A stretch of DNA of 64,000 bases, taken from assembly GCA_003599625.1 (NCBI GenBank), contig QZIU01000008.1, forward strand, positions 1,690 through 65,689, written 5' to 3'. The stretch's first letter is position 1; each line of letters starts with the position of its first letter. This document shows positions 17,515-25,703 of the stretch, piece by piece. The notes below the pieces were generated by a model, which ran no database searches, was not told the DNA's origin, and saw nothing but the letters and a program-made list of their open reading frames with translations. This stretch comes from Candidatus Parcubacteria bacterium. GTDB lineage: Bacteria; Patescibacteriota; Minisyncoccia; UBA9983. The translations under genes and the position numbers were made by a program.

Positions 17515-20500
17515 ATGAATCGTTTAGGCTTTATGAAAATATTTTCGTTAATTTTTTTAGGATTTTTCCCTGTGTTTAATTTTGTTTCAGCAAGCGAGAT
17601 TAAGTGTTCTGCCACAGGCTATTCAATCTTTGCTATAAACGGGATTTTTGTTGATGAAGACGAAGCAGATGACAATAAAACCGCACTTGAAAAAATTCTA
17701 CCTCCTTCCTTCAACAATCAACCCATCACCGTCGACTATCTCCACAACCCTTCTCATCTCGCCGGTCTGGGGGACTTGGTAAAGGTTGTATATCAGAAGA
17801 TCTTCGAATACGAGACGGTGATGGACTATGATCTGGTGGAAATGATCAGAGACGCCAGCGAGAAGGTGAAGACGCAAAAAGTCCTTCTCGTGGCTCACTC
17901 CCAAGGAAATTTCTACGCCAACAGTTTCTACGGCAGCGTGGCCGGAAAAGAAGGGGGTGTCCCCAAAGAATCCATAGGCGTTTACGCCGTCGCCACTCCG
18001 GCCGCAAGAGTGGCCGGAGAAGGGGGTTGGCTTACCTCCGACACCGACAAGGTCATCGCCGGCCTGATGTCGAAATTCCCGTTCAAACAAATCATGCCGC
18101 CCAATGACAGCATTGTCTTGAAAGAAGGCGATGATGAAATGGGACACAATTTTTCCCTCGTGTATCTCAAGTATAGCGGCGGAAAAATTGTCTCCGATAT
18201 CCAATCCTCTTTAAGTAAACTAACCTCAAGCGATGTTCAAGAGGAAGAAGAGAATTGCATCGATCCTCCGAAGATAACTTTGGCGCATAAGACCACGGGG
18301 GCGCTATTGGGCGTCTCCGACTTTGCCGGAGAATCGGTTGTCGATGCCGCCAAGGTTGTGGGAGAAAAATCATATCAACTGGGTTCATTGGCCGTAAAGA
18401 CCACCGAGCAAGTGGCTTCGGCGATAATAAAGGCTCCGGCTTTGATTTTAGGAGGTGGCCAAACTGATAACTCGGCCGCCGTCGCGGGGAATCCGGGAAA
18501 TTCCCAACCTGAGCCTGCTGAAAACTCTGCGGGTGGGCTGGAGTCTGTTGAAAACTCTGCAGTCCTGCCTGGTCGTCTTCGACCTGCCCGCCAGCCACTC
18601 TTCGCTGGCGATAGCGGGCGGGGAAGGTCGGCAGAGTTTTCAACAGGTGAAGTTGCTTCTAGGACTGCGGAGTTTTCTGCGGGAGACTCTACTAGCGAGC
18701 TGTGGAAAACTTCGCTCACCTTGCAGGTTGAAGACAACCAGCCAGGAGAGCGAAGTTTTCCACAGCCCCTTCGATCAAGAGGTTCGAATTTTTCCTCAAT
18801 CGCCCAACTCCAAAATTCTTTGGATGAGATGAGAAGACAAGCCGAGGCTTTGATGGAAGCGGAGAAGGGTGCGAAAAATGATCAAGCGGCTGAAGCTGAA
18901 GCCGCGACTCGCCAAGCCTCCCGTCCAACCCTTCTCTTCCTCGGTCCTCTGTATCCCGGCTTTGGCGGTGGAGCAGCTCCGAGTCAAATATCTCTTGTCT
19001 CAGAATCGAATCAACAGGAAGAAGAGGAAGAAGAAGAACAAGAGCCGGACTCTCTTTCGGCCCCGAATCTTCTCGTCCCTCAATGCGATTACTCTTTGGC
19101 TACGGACGGCTGTCTCCTCGCCACAACCACCGTATCATTTTCCTGGCAAGCCGTTTCCGGAGCTAGTCATTACGCCGTAAGCAAAAATGGAGAATACGCC
19201 ACGACCACGGAATTAAATTTTGTCGCAAACATCCCCGATTTCTCCGATTACAATTTCTCCGTCTCGGCCTCGTCGGCCGCTATCAGCCCCGCTTCCAGCG
19301 GGACAAGCACTCAAACTGTCTCTGTCGCCACTATTCCAATTGCCATAAACGAGATCGCCTGGATGGGAACAACCGCCTCTTCCTACGACGAATGGCTGGA
19401 AATCAAAAACAATACAAGCCATACGATAGACTTGTCTCAATGGGCCATAGAATCCCAAGACGGCCTGCCATATATCGCTCTTTCCGACGCGATCGGTCCG
19501 AAAGAATACCTTATCCTTGAAAGAAGGCAAGACGCGATAATCGTAAATCAATCCATCATTACCTACGGCACCGGAGCTTCCCAATGGGCGATGAGCAACA
19601 GCGGCGAAGAGCTTATCCTTTCTCATTCCTCCACCACGCTGGACAGAACCCCATCCGTAGCAGGCGAATGGGCCGCCGGAGACAGCGCAACCAGAAAAAC
19701 GATGGAGCGCGTCAATCCCAAAGGATCAGGAACCGATCCTTCCAACTGGACCACTTGGGGGGCAAATATCGATTTCATCAAAAGCGGCGAAGACACCGAT
19801 AATAACTCAATCTCCGGCACGCCCGGCCAATGCAATTCCGCAAGCTTCATCAACATCAACAACGGCCAAAACATATATCAGGATCTCACCCTTGAAAAAG
19901 ATAATTGCTATTATGTTTCAGAGAATATCCAAGTCTCGGCCACATCAACTCTTGCAATCGAATCCGGCGTTCAAGTCAGTCTTTATCTGAATAATCTTGT
20001 CGTCAACGGTGTCCTTGATGCCGAGGGGGAAGAAAGCAATCCGATAGTTTTCGATTCTTTTTCCGAAAATCCGACAACAAACAGGATAAGGATAAATAAC
20101 GATAACGGAACCAGTACAATGACCAATGTCGTTATCTCAAACACGGGAGGAATCAGGTTGAACAACGGAGCCGATCTGGAGATAACCAACGCGGAATTTA
20201 TCAACAACAATGCCAGCATCGAACTAAACAACAACAGCTCGGCGGAAATTGAAAACGTGACTTTCGCCAGCACCACGAATGAGGCGATCGCGGCGTACAA
20301 TGGCAGCAGTGTTTCTGTCGCTTCTTCCACTATATCCAACACCATCAACGCCGACGCTATCGGAATATACGATTCCAATCTATCGATGTCTTCGACAACG
20401 ATAGACACCGTTCTTGGCGGCGACGGCATAGGCGTTTATGATTCGACAGTTTCCATAGCCAGCTCTACGATCAGCAATGTTTTAAACGGAGATGGCATCA

Positions 20501-20715
20501 CCGCGTATCATTCAACCGTATCAATATCGACTTCCACAATAAGCGACATATCGAGCGAGATGCCGGCAAGAGACGGCATTAGTCTTTATGATGAATCTGT
20601 CGCGACTGTCCTAGACGCGGTAATCGAAAATGTCTCCGGCGAAGGTATAATCGTTTCGGAAGACAGTAGTATCTCCGGCAACGCGATAATAGAGGGGGAG
20701 GAAGTGGAGTTCTAG
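17515..20715 (+). CDS. Secreted multidomain protein: alpha/beta-hydrolase (AHSQG), repeat-filled linker, lamin-tail-like domain, beta-helix
   Basis: Signal peptide; LLVAHSQGN; INEIAWMGT..EWLEIKN..IDLSQW (LTD); C-terminal ISxSTI/DGIxxY repeats. Confidence 0.85.
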   Translation: MNRLGFMKIFSLIFLGFFPVFNFVSASEIKCSATGYSIFAINGIFVDEDEADDNKTALEKILPPSFNNQPITVDYLHNPSHLAGLGDLVKVVYQKIFEYETVMDYDLVEMIRDASEKVKTQKVLLVAHSQGNFYANSFYGSVAGKEGGVPKESIGVYAVATPAARVAGEGGWLTSDTDKVIAGLMSKFPFKQIMPPNDSIVLKEGDDEMGHNFSLVYLKYSGGKIVSDIQSSLSKLTSSDVQEEEENCIDPPKITLAHKTTGALLGVSDFAGESVVDAAKVVGEKSYQLGSLAVKTTEQVASAIIKAPALILGGGQTDNSAAVAGNPGNSQPEPAENSAGGLESVENSAVLPGRLRPARQPLFAGDSGRGRSAEFSTGEVASRTAEFSAGDSTSELWKTSLTLQVEDNQPGERSFPQPLRSRGSNFSSIAQLQNSLDEMRRQAEALMEAEKGAKNDQAAEAEAATRQASRPTLLFLGPLYPGFGGGAAPSQISLVSESNQQEEEEEEEQEPDSLSAPNLLVPQCDYSLATDGCLLATTTVSFSWQAVSGASHYAVSKNGEYATTTELNFVANIPDFSDYNFSVSASSAAISPASSGTSTQTVSVATIPIAINEIAWMGTTASSYDEWLEIKNNTSHTIDLSQWAIESQDGLPYIALSDAIGPKEYLILERRQDAIIVNQSIITYGTGASQWAMSNSGEELILSHSSTTLDRTPSVAGEWAAGDSATRKTMERVNPKGSGTDPSNWTTWGANIDFIKSGEDTDNNSISGTPGQCNSASFININNGQNIYQDLTLEKDNCYYVSENIQVSATSTLAIESGVQVSLYLNNLVVNGVLDAEGEESNPIVFDSFSENPTTNRIRINNDNGTSTMTNVVISNTGGIRLNNGADLEITNAEFINNNASIELNNNSSAEIENVTFASTTNEAIAAYNGSSVSVASSTISNTINADAIGIYDSNLSMSSTTIDTVLGGDGIGVYDSTVSIASSTISNVLNGDGITAYHSTVSISTSTISDISSEMPARDGISLYDESVATVLDAVIENVSGEGIIVSEDSSISGNAIIEGEEVEF
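18514..18683. repeat. Three-level nested palindromic elements, in frame (outer 18514-18683, middle 18545-18646, inner 18587-18622)
   Basis: Perfect 16-bp IR ctgttgaaaactctgc/gcagagttttcaacag; imperfect outer IR; inner 36-bp GC hairpin. Confidence 0.85.
18699..18766. repeat. 68-bp palindromic element (empty form), in frame
   Basis: 19-bp perfect IR gctgtggaaaacttcgctc/gagcgaagttttccacagc around core caggttgaagacaaccag. Confidence 0.88.
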
Positions 20716-20726
20716 CCATGATTTCC

Positions 20727-20771
20727 TGTGGATAAACCTGTTGATAACTCAGCCAACATGCCGGGTTGGAA
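20727..20771 (+). repeat. DnaA-box pair + palindrome repeat, copy 5
   Basis: tgtggataaacctgttgataactcagccaacatgccgggttggaa; supplies the stop codon of the convergent GT4. Confidence 0.85.
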
Positions 20772-22065
20772 TGAGGGAATATGCCGCGATGGTGTCGTCT
20801 AGCATTTTCTGGAGGGAGAATTTTGACAGGATTTTTTGGCGAAGATTGGCGGCGAATTGCTCGCGAAGATTTTTATCTTCCATCAGCTTTTTAATCGCTT
20901 CGGCTAGGGCTTCAGGATTTTTGGGTGGCGCCAAAATGCCTTCTTTTCCGTTATCTATGATCTCCGGTATGCCTCCGACGCTGGAAGCAATAACCGGCAA
21001 TCCGGCCAAGCCGGCTTCAAGTAACAGATAAGGCAGGCCTTCTTTGACGGAAGGCAAGACAAAAATATCAAGGGCTTTAAGATAATTGGCCGAGTTCGGA
21101 TCAGACAATTCGTTTTTACCGATTATAAAAAATTTATCTCCAATTTCGTAATTCTTGATTCTTGATTCATAATTCTTTTTTTCTTCCCCCCAGCCAATAA
21201 GGATAGTCGTCAAGCGATAGCCTCTAGCCGCTAGCGAATGGATCGCTTCGATCAAGTTTATGTGTCCTTTGTTTTTGGTAAACTCGCCAATGGTGCCGAT
21301 AAGGTGGTCTGATAAATTTGCCGACCTTCCCCGCCCGCTATCGCCAGCGAAGCGTGGCGGGCGGGCAGGTTGAAGACAACCAGCTTGCCCCGCCAAATAC
21401 GGCGGGGGCAGGACTTCAAATTTATCAGACTGCGATTTATAATTTGCCGCAAGCTCCTCTCTTGCCCTTTCTTTTTCCAAGAAATTATAATCCTCCTGTT
21501 TGATTCCGTTATGTATTACTGTCATTTTTCTTGCCGGAGCGATTTTGTTTTTTATCGCCTCTCTATAATCATTTTCCGAGACACAGATTATTTTGTCGTA
21601 AAAAAGACAAGTCAACCTACTGATCATTTTTATAAGTATGTTTTGCCAGCGGAGCCGGTCTTCGAGAAAGGCCCAACCGTGAACTGTAAACACAGTGGAA
21701 AGTTGAAAGTGGAAAGTTGAAAGTTTATAAACAAAACAAGCCAATCCCGCAGCTCCGCCTGCTTTGGAGCTGGACACATGAACAATGTCAGGCCTTGTTT
21801 TCAAAAGAAGAAAAAAAACTTCAACAGAAGAAAAAATATCTTTTAAGAAATTTACATTTCTTTGAAAATTTTTAATTTCAAAATAGGGCAAGTTGGCCCC
21901 TGTCAGCCTTTGGGCCATCAGGCCTCTTCCGCCTCCCGCGATAATCGGCTCAAATTGATCCTTTGGCAGATTTGTCGCCAGGTCGAAAACATATTTCTGA
22001 GCCCCGCCCCAGACCGACTTGGTTATGATATATAAAACCTTCTTTTTCGTTGATTTTTCGGGCAT
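20749..22065 (-). CDS. GT4 glycosyltransferase with in-frame repeat insertions
   Basis: ITKSVWGGAQ, FTVHGW, IHNGI, EGLPYLLLEA; start probably ATG 22065. Confidence 0.92.
   Translation of the reverse strand: MPEKSTKKKVLYIITKSVWGGAQKYVFDLATNLPKDQFEPIIAGGGRGLMAQRLTGANLPYFEIKNFQRNVNFLKDIFSSVEVFFLLLKTRPDIVHVSSSKAGGAAGLACFVYKLSTFHFQLSTVFTVHGWAFLEDRLRWQNILIKMISRLTCLFYDKIICVSENDYREAIKNKIAPARKMTVIHNGIKQEDYNFLEKERAREELAANYKSQSDKFEVLPPPYLAGQAGCLQPARPPRFAGDSGRGRSANLSDHLIGTIGEFTKNKGHINLIEAIHSLAARGYRLTTILIGWGEEKKNYESRIKNYEIGDKFFIIGKNELSDPNSANYLKALDIFVLPSVKEGLPYLLLEAGLAGLPVIASSVGGIPEIIDNGKEGILAPPKNPEALAEAIKKLMEDKNLREQFAANLRQKILSKFSLQKMLDDTIAAYSLIPTRHVG
21307..21430. repeat. Palindromic element with two nested hairpins inside the GT4 gene
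   Basis: 14-bp perfect IR gtctgataaatttg/caaatttatcagac; same core and 36-bp hairpin (21330-21365) as 18545-18646. Confidence 0.88.
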
Positions 22066-22093
22066 TTTATTATACCGTAAGGATACCATATTT

Positions 22094-23263
22094 ATGGATC
22101 TTTCTGAAGAAAAACGAAAAAGAATCCTTATTTTTTCCCTGGCTTACGCGCCATTCGTGGGCGGGGCGGAGCTGGCAGTCAAGGAAATTACCGATAGGAT
22201 CGATAATGCCGATTTTGATCTAATCACCCTCCGTTTCGACCGGAAATGGCCTAGAAAAGAGCGACTCGGCAATGTAAATGTTTATCGGATCGGCGGAGGG
22301 AAGCTTTTCTTCCCCATTTTTGCTTTTTGTAAAGCGAACAGGCTTCATAAAAAAAACCCGTTTGATTTGGTCTGGTCTATCATGGCAAACCGGGCGGGGT
22401 TCGCTGCGTTGTTTTTTAAACTTCGGCATCCGGAAGTCAAATATTTGCTCACTTTGCAGGAGGGCGACCCAGTCGATCATCCGTTCAGGCAGATGGGGGT
22501 GCTCAGATATTTTTTGACCAGGCTTTACCGGAAAGTTTTCAGCAAGGCGGATTGCATGCAGGCGATAAGCAATTATCTGGCGGAATGGGGAAGGAACATG
22601 GGAGTAAGGGCGGAAGTGGAGGTGGTGCCGAATGGAGTGGATACGAAGTCCATAAAGTCGAAAGTTCATAAAGTTCATAAAGTTAAAGACAAAAATAAAA
22701 AAACAATAATTACGACCTCGAGATTGGTTCATAAAAACGGGATTGATACTTTGATCAGAGCGGTGAGTAAATTAAAGCTACAAGCTACAAGCTACAAGCT
22801 ACAAGCCCTTATTCTCGGCGCGGGGCCGGAGGAGCAAAAGCTGAAAAATCTGGCAAAAGAATTGCAGGTTGAAGATGTTGTCAGATTTCTCGGCCATGTC
22901 GGGCCAGAGAAAATTCCGGATTATTTGGGTCAGGCCGATATATTCGTGAGGCCTTCAAGGTCGGAAGGCTTGGGGAGTTCTTTCCTGGAAGCGATGGGGG
23001 CGGGGCTTCCCGTGATAGGCACAAGAACGGGCGGCATTGTTGATTTTATTAAAGATCCTGAAGATGTCGGCCCGAACGTTGCCACCGGAGTCTTTGCCAA
23101 AATAGACGATCCGGAAGACTTGGCCTACAAGATCCGCATGCTCTTCATTAACGACGAGTTGGCCGGCTTTATCTCGCGAAACGGCAAGTGGCTGGTGGAG
23201 AACAATTATTCCTGGGACAGCGTGGCCGTCAGAATGCGAGAAATTTTTAGTAAAGTTGCATAA
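22094..23263 (+). CDS. GT4 glycosyltransferase
   Basis: YAPFVGGAE, VVPNGVD, SRSEGLGSSFLEAMG. Confidence 0.93.
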   Translation: MDLSEEKRKRILIFSLAYAPFVGGAELAVKEITDRIDNADFDLITLRFDRKWPRKERLGNVNVYRIGGGKLFFPIFAFCKANRLHKKNPFDLVWSIMANRAGFAALFFKLRHPEVKYLLTLQEGDPVDHPFRQMGVLRYFLTRLYRKVFSKADCMQAISNYLAEWGRNMGVRAEVEVVPNGVDTKSIKSKVHKVHKVKDKNKKTIITTSRLVHKNGIDTLIRAVSKLKLQATSYKLQALILGAGPEEQKLKNLAKELQVEDVVRFLGHVGPEKIPDYLGQADIFVRPSRSEGLGSSFLEAMGAGLPVIGTRTGGIVDFIKDPEDVGPNVATGVFAKIDDPEDLAYKIRMLFINDELAGFISRNGKWLVENNYSWDSVAVRMREIFSKVA

Positions 23264-23309
23264 AAAAGCGAGTGGAGTTATAATATTATGGACAGTTAAG
23301 TCCATAATA
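23256..23309 (+). promoter_or_regulatory. abiE promoter with an inverted-repeat operator
   Basis: TTGCAT-N17-TATAAT then TATTATGGAC-N6-GTCCATAATA. Confidence 0.75.
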
Positions 23310-23310
23310 A

Positions 23311-23928
23311 ATGAACAAAATCATCAAAATTAAAGACAGAACATCAGCCGGTAATCGCATTGCTGAGATTGCTTCGCGGGGCGAGGTAGTTTTCCATTCC
23401 GGGGATCTGGCGAACTTATGGGGTATTCAAAACAAAAGTACTCTGAATAAAACTCTTCTCAGGTACGCCGCCAGAAAATTTATCTATCGAATTTATAAAG
23501 GGCTTTATGCGCTAAAAAAGATTGAGGATATAGATCCATTTTTTCTGGGGATAAAGGCCATACACGGTCCCGCGTATGTGTCTTGCGAGTCGGCGCTTTA
23601 CGAGTTCGGTATTCTAAATCAGCCCCCGAAAGAAATCACCTTGGTAAGTTCTTTTTCTAGACATTTTAAGGTTGACGGTTACAAGTATCGTTCCAGAAAA
23701 ATGAAGGATGACTTTCTTTATAATGATATCGGCATAGAAGTTAGAAACGGCATAAGGATTGCTTCCGTGGCGAGAGCCGTTGCTGACATGCTTTACTTTA
23801 ATCCGCGGAAATATTTTGACGCTTGGAATTCCGGTTTGATCGACCGCAAAGAAGTAAAAAATATTATCGATGCCATGGGTTATAAAATCAAACTTCCGAA
23901 ACATGAGTTCAATGATATTGCCGGATAA
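23311..23928 (+). CDS. Type IV toxin-antitoxin antitoxin, AbiEi-like
   Basis: wHTH N-terminus, RIYKGLY, YVSCESAL...GI..Q, ARAVADMLY. Confidence 0.85.
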   Translation: MNKIIKIKDRTSAGNRIAEIASRGEVVFHSGDLANLWGIQNKSTLNKTLLRYAARKFIYRIYKGLYALKKIEDIDPFFLGIKAIHGPAYVSCESALYEFGILNQPPKEITLVSSFSRHFKVDGYKYRSRKMKDDFLYNDIGIEVRNGIRIASVARAVADMLYFNPRKYFDAWNSGLIDRKEVKNIIDAMGYKIKLPKHEFNDIAG

Positions 23929-24646
23929 AAAAGACGCCATTCACAAAGCTTGGCTTTACAGGGTTCTGCAGTCACTCGCGGATGAGCCTTATCTTGCGGG
24001 TTGTTTATATTTTAAGGGCGGGACATGCGCTTCCATGCTTGGTTGGCTGGACAGATTTTCCGTTGATCTGGATTTTGATTACGCAGGGGAGGAGAAAGAT
24101 GTCAAAAAAACAAAAATCTTACTTGAGAAAATTTTTGCCGAATTGGGGTTGACTATTAAAGACGGCAGTAAAAACGGAATCCAATATTTTCTGAAATACG
24201 AGAATGACGGCCGGGGGAGAAGAATATTAAAACTGGATGCTTCGTTTCCACTCTTTCATGCCAGCAAGTATAAGCCGGAGAGATTTTTGGAGATAGACAG
24301 AATTCTGAACTGCCAAACCAAAGAAACGATGTTTGCTCATAAGCTCGTTGCTTTGAGGGACAGGTTCAACCGAACCGGGGGCATCGCGGGAAGAGATATA
24401 TACGACATTCACCATTTTTTCATGAATGGATGGAAATATGATACAGAGGTGATCATAGAAAGAACCGACAAAGAGCCGAAAGAGTTTCTAAAAGAACTCG
24501 TTGGATTTATAGAAACCAAGGTTTCCAAAAAACATATTGATGAAGACTTGAACCCGCTCCTTCCGGCGGGTAAATTCGCTTTGGCTCGTAAAGTTCTAAA
24601 GGGGGAAACAATTAGCCTTATAAAAGATGAAATAAGGAGGTTGTAG
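23912..24646 (+). CDS. Type IV toxin, AbiEii-like nucleotidyltransferase
   Basis: FKGGT, RFSVDLDF, K-L-x-A...RDIYD; overlaps the antitoxin. Confidence 0.9.
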   Translation: MILPDKKDAIHKAWLYRVLQSLADEPYLAGCLYFKGGTCASMLGWLDRFSVDLDFDYAGEEKDVKKTKILLEKIFAELGLTIKDGSKNGIQYFLKYENDGRGRRILKLDASFPLFHASKYKPERFLEIDRILNCQTKETMFAHKLVALRDRFNRTGGIAGRDIYDIHHFFMNGWKYDTEVIIERTDKEPKEFLKELVGFIETKVSKKHIDEDLNPLLPAGKFALARKVLKGETISLIKDEIRRL

Positions 24647-24686
24647 GCAGGAGAGTCTTGTATTTTTAACACTTCGCGTTAATTCT

Positions 24687-25703
24687 ATGATAACCGGCAA
24701 AAATATCTTAATCTGTACCGGAATTTATCCGCCGGATGTGGGCGGACCGGCAAAGTATGCCCTTAATCTTGAGCAAGAATTTTTAAGAATGGGGCACAGC
24801 GTCAAGGTGTTGGCTTATGGGGTAGAGAAAAAAATGCCAATAGGCATAAGACATGTTTGGTATTTTTTGAGAACGATTTTTGCCTTGGCGAAAGTCGATT
24901 TGATCATCGGTTTGGATATTTTTTCAACGGGTTTTCCGGCGGTTTTGGCGGGCAAGATTTTCGGCAAAAAAACTATTTTGCGCGTGGGCGGCGATTTCCT
25001 CTGGGAAACCTATGTCGAATCGACCGGCAATCTTATAAAGCTCAAAGATTTCTACGCAAATCAACCGCCGCTTTCTTTGAAATTCAAAATCATCGCGTTC
25101 CTCCAAAAATTCGCGCTAAAAAACGCGACGGTTTTGGCGTTTAATACAAAGTGGCATGCTGAGATTTTTGAAAAAGTGTATGAATTAAAAAAGGATGCAA
25201 TATTTATTGTAGAAAACTTTTATAAAAAAGAAAAAGAAACCAGTCCTTATTCTAGAAAGAATTATATTTTTGCGGGGCGTTTAATTAAACTTAAAAATAC
25301 AGAAGCTTTGTCTTCCGCTTTTGAAGAAGCAAAAAAAGAAAGAAAAGATATAGAATTAGAAGTGATTAGTGATATGCAGCAAAAAGAATTACTAGAGCAA
25401 ATTAAAAATTGCTACGCCGTTATACTTGTTTCAATTTCGGATGTAAATCCGAACATTATAGGCGATGCTGTAAGATTCGGCAAGCCTTTTATAGTTACCA
25501 AAGAAACTGGTTTGCCTGAAAAAGTAAAAAATATGGGACTCCTGGTAGACCCATTAGACCAGAAAGATATTAAAGAAAAAATAATAAAATTATTAAATAC
25601 TGATACTTATGAAGAATATCGTCAAAGAATTATCTCCTCGGATTTTGCGCATTCATGGAATGATATTGCAAAAGAGTTTCTGGAGATTTATAAAAATTTA
25701 TGA
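24687..25703 (+). CDS. GT4 glycosyltransferase
   Basis: IYPPDVGGPA, FAGRLIKLKN. Confidence 0.88.
   Translation: MITGKNILICTGIYPPDVGGPAKYALNLEQEFLRMGHSVKVLAYGVEKKMPIGIRHVWYFLRTIFALAKVDLIIGLDIFSTGFPAVLAGKIFGKKTILRVGGDFLWETYVESTGNLIKLKDFYANQPPLSLKFKIIAFLQKFALKNATVLAFNTKWHAEIFEKVYELKKDAIFIVENFYKKEKETSPYSRKNYIFAGRLIKLKNTEALSSAFEEAKKERKDIELEVISDMQQKELLEQIKNCYAVILVSISDVNPNIIGDAVRFGKPFIVTKETGLPEKVKNMGLLVDPLDQKDIKEKIIKLLNTDTYEEYRQRIISSDFAHSWNDIAKEFLEIYKNL

Noticed and set aside
2987-20771. oriC suggested by multiple DnaA boxes
   Set aside because: Boxes occur as dispersed pairs inside a repeat family at gene ends; no dense cluster and no dnaA/dnaN nearby
14598-20771. CRISPR array or integron attC array
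   Set aside because: Repeats are kb apart and in both orientations; no cas genes or tyrosine integrase, and no attC-type core sites recognised
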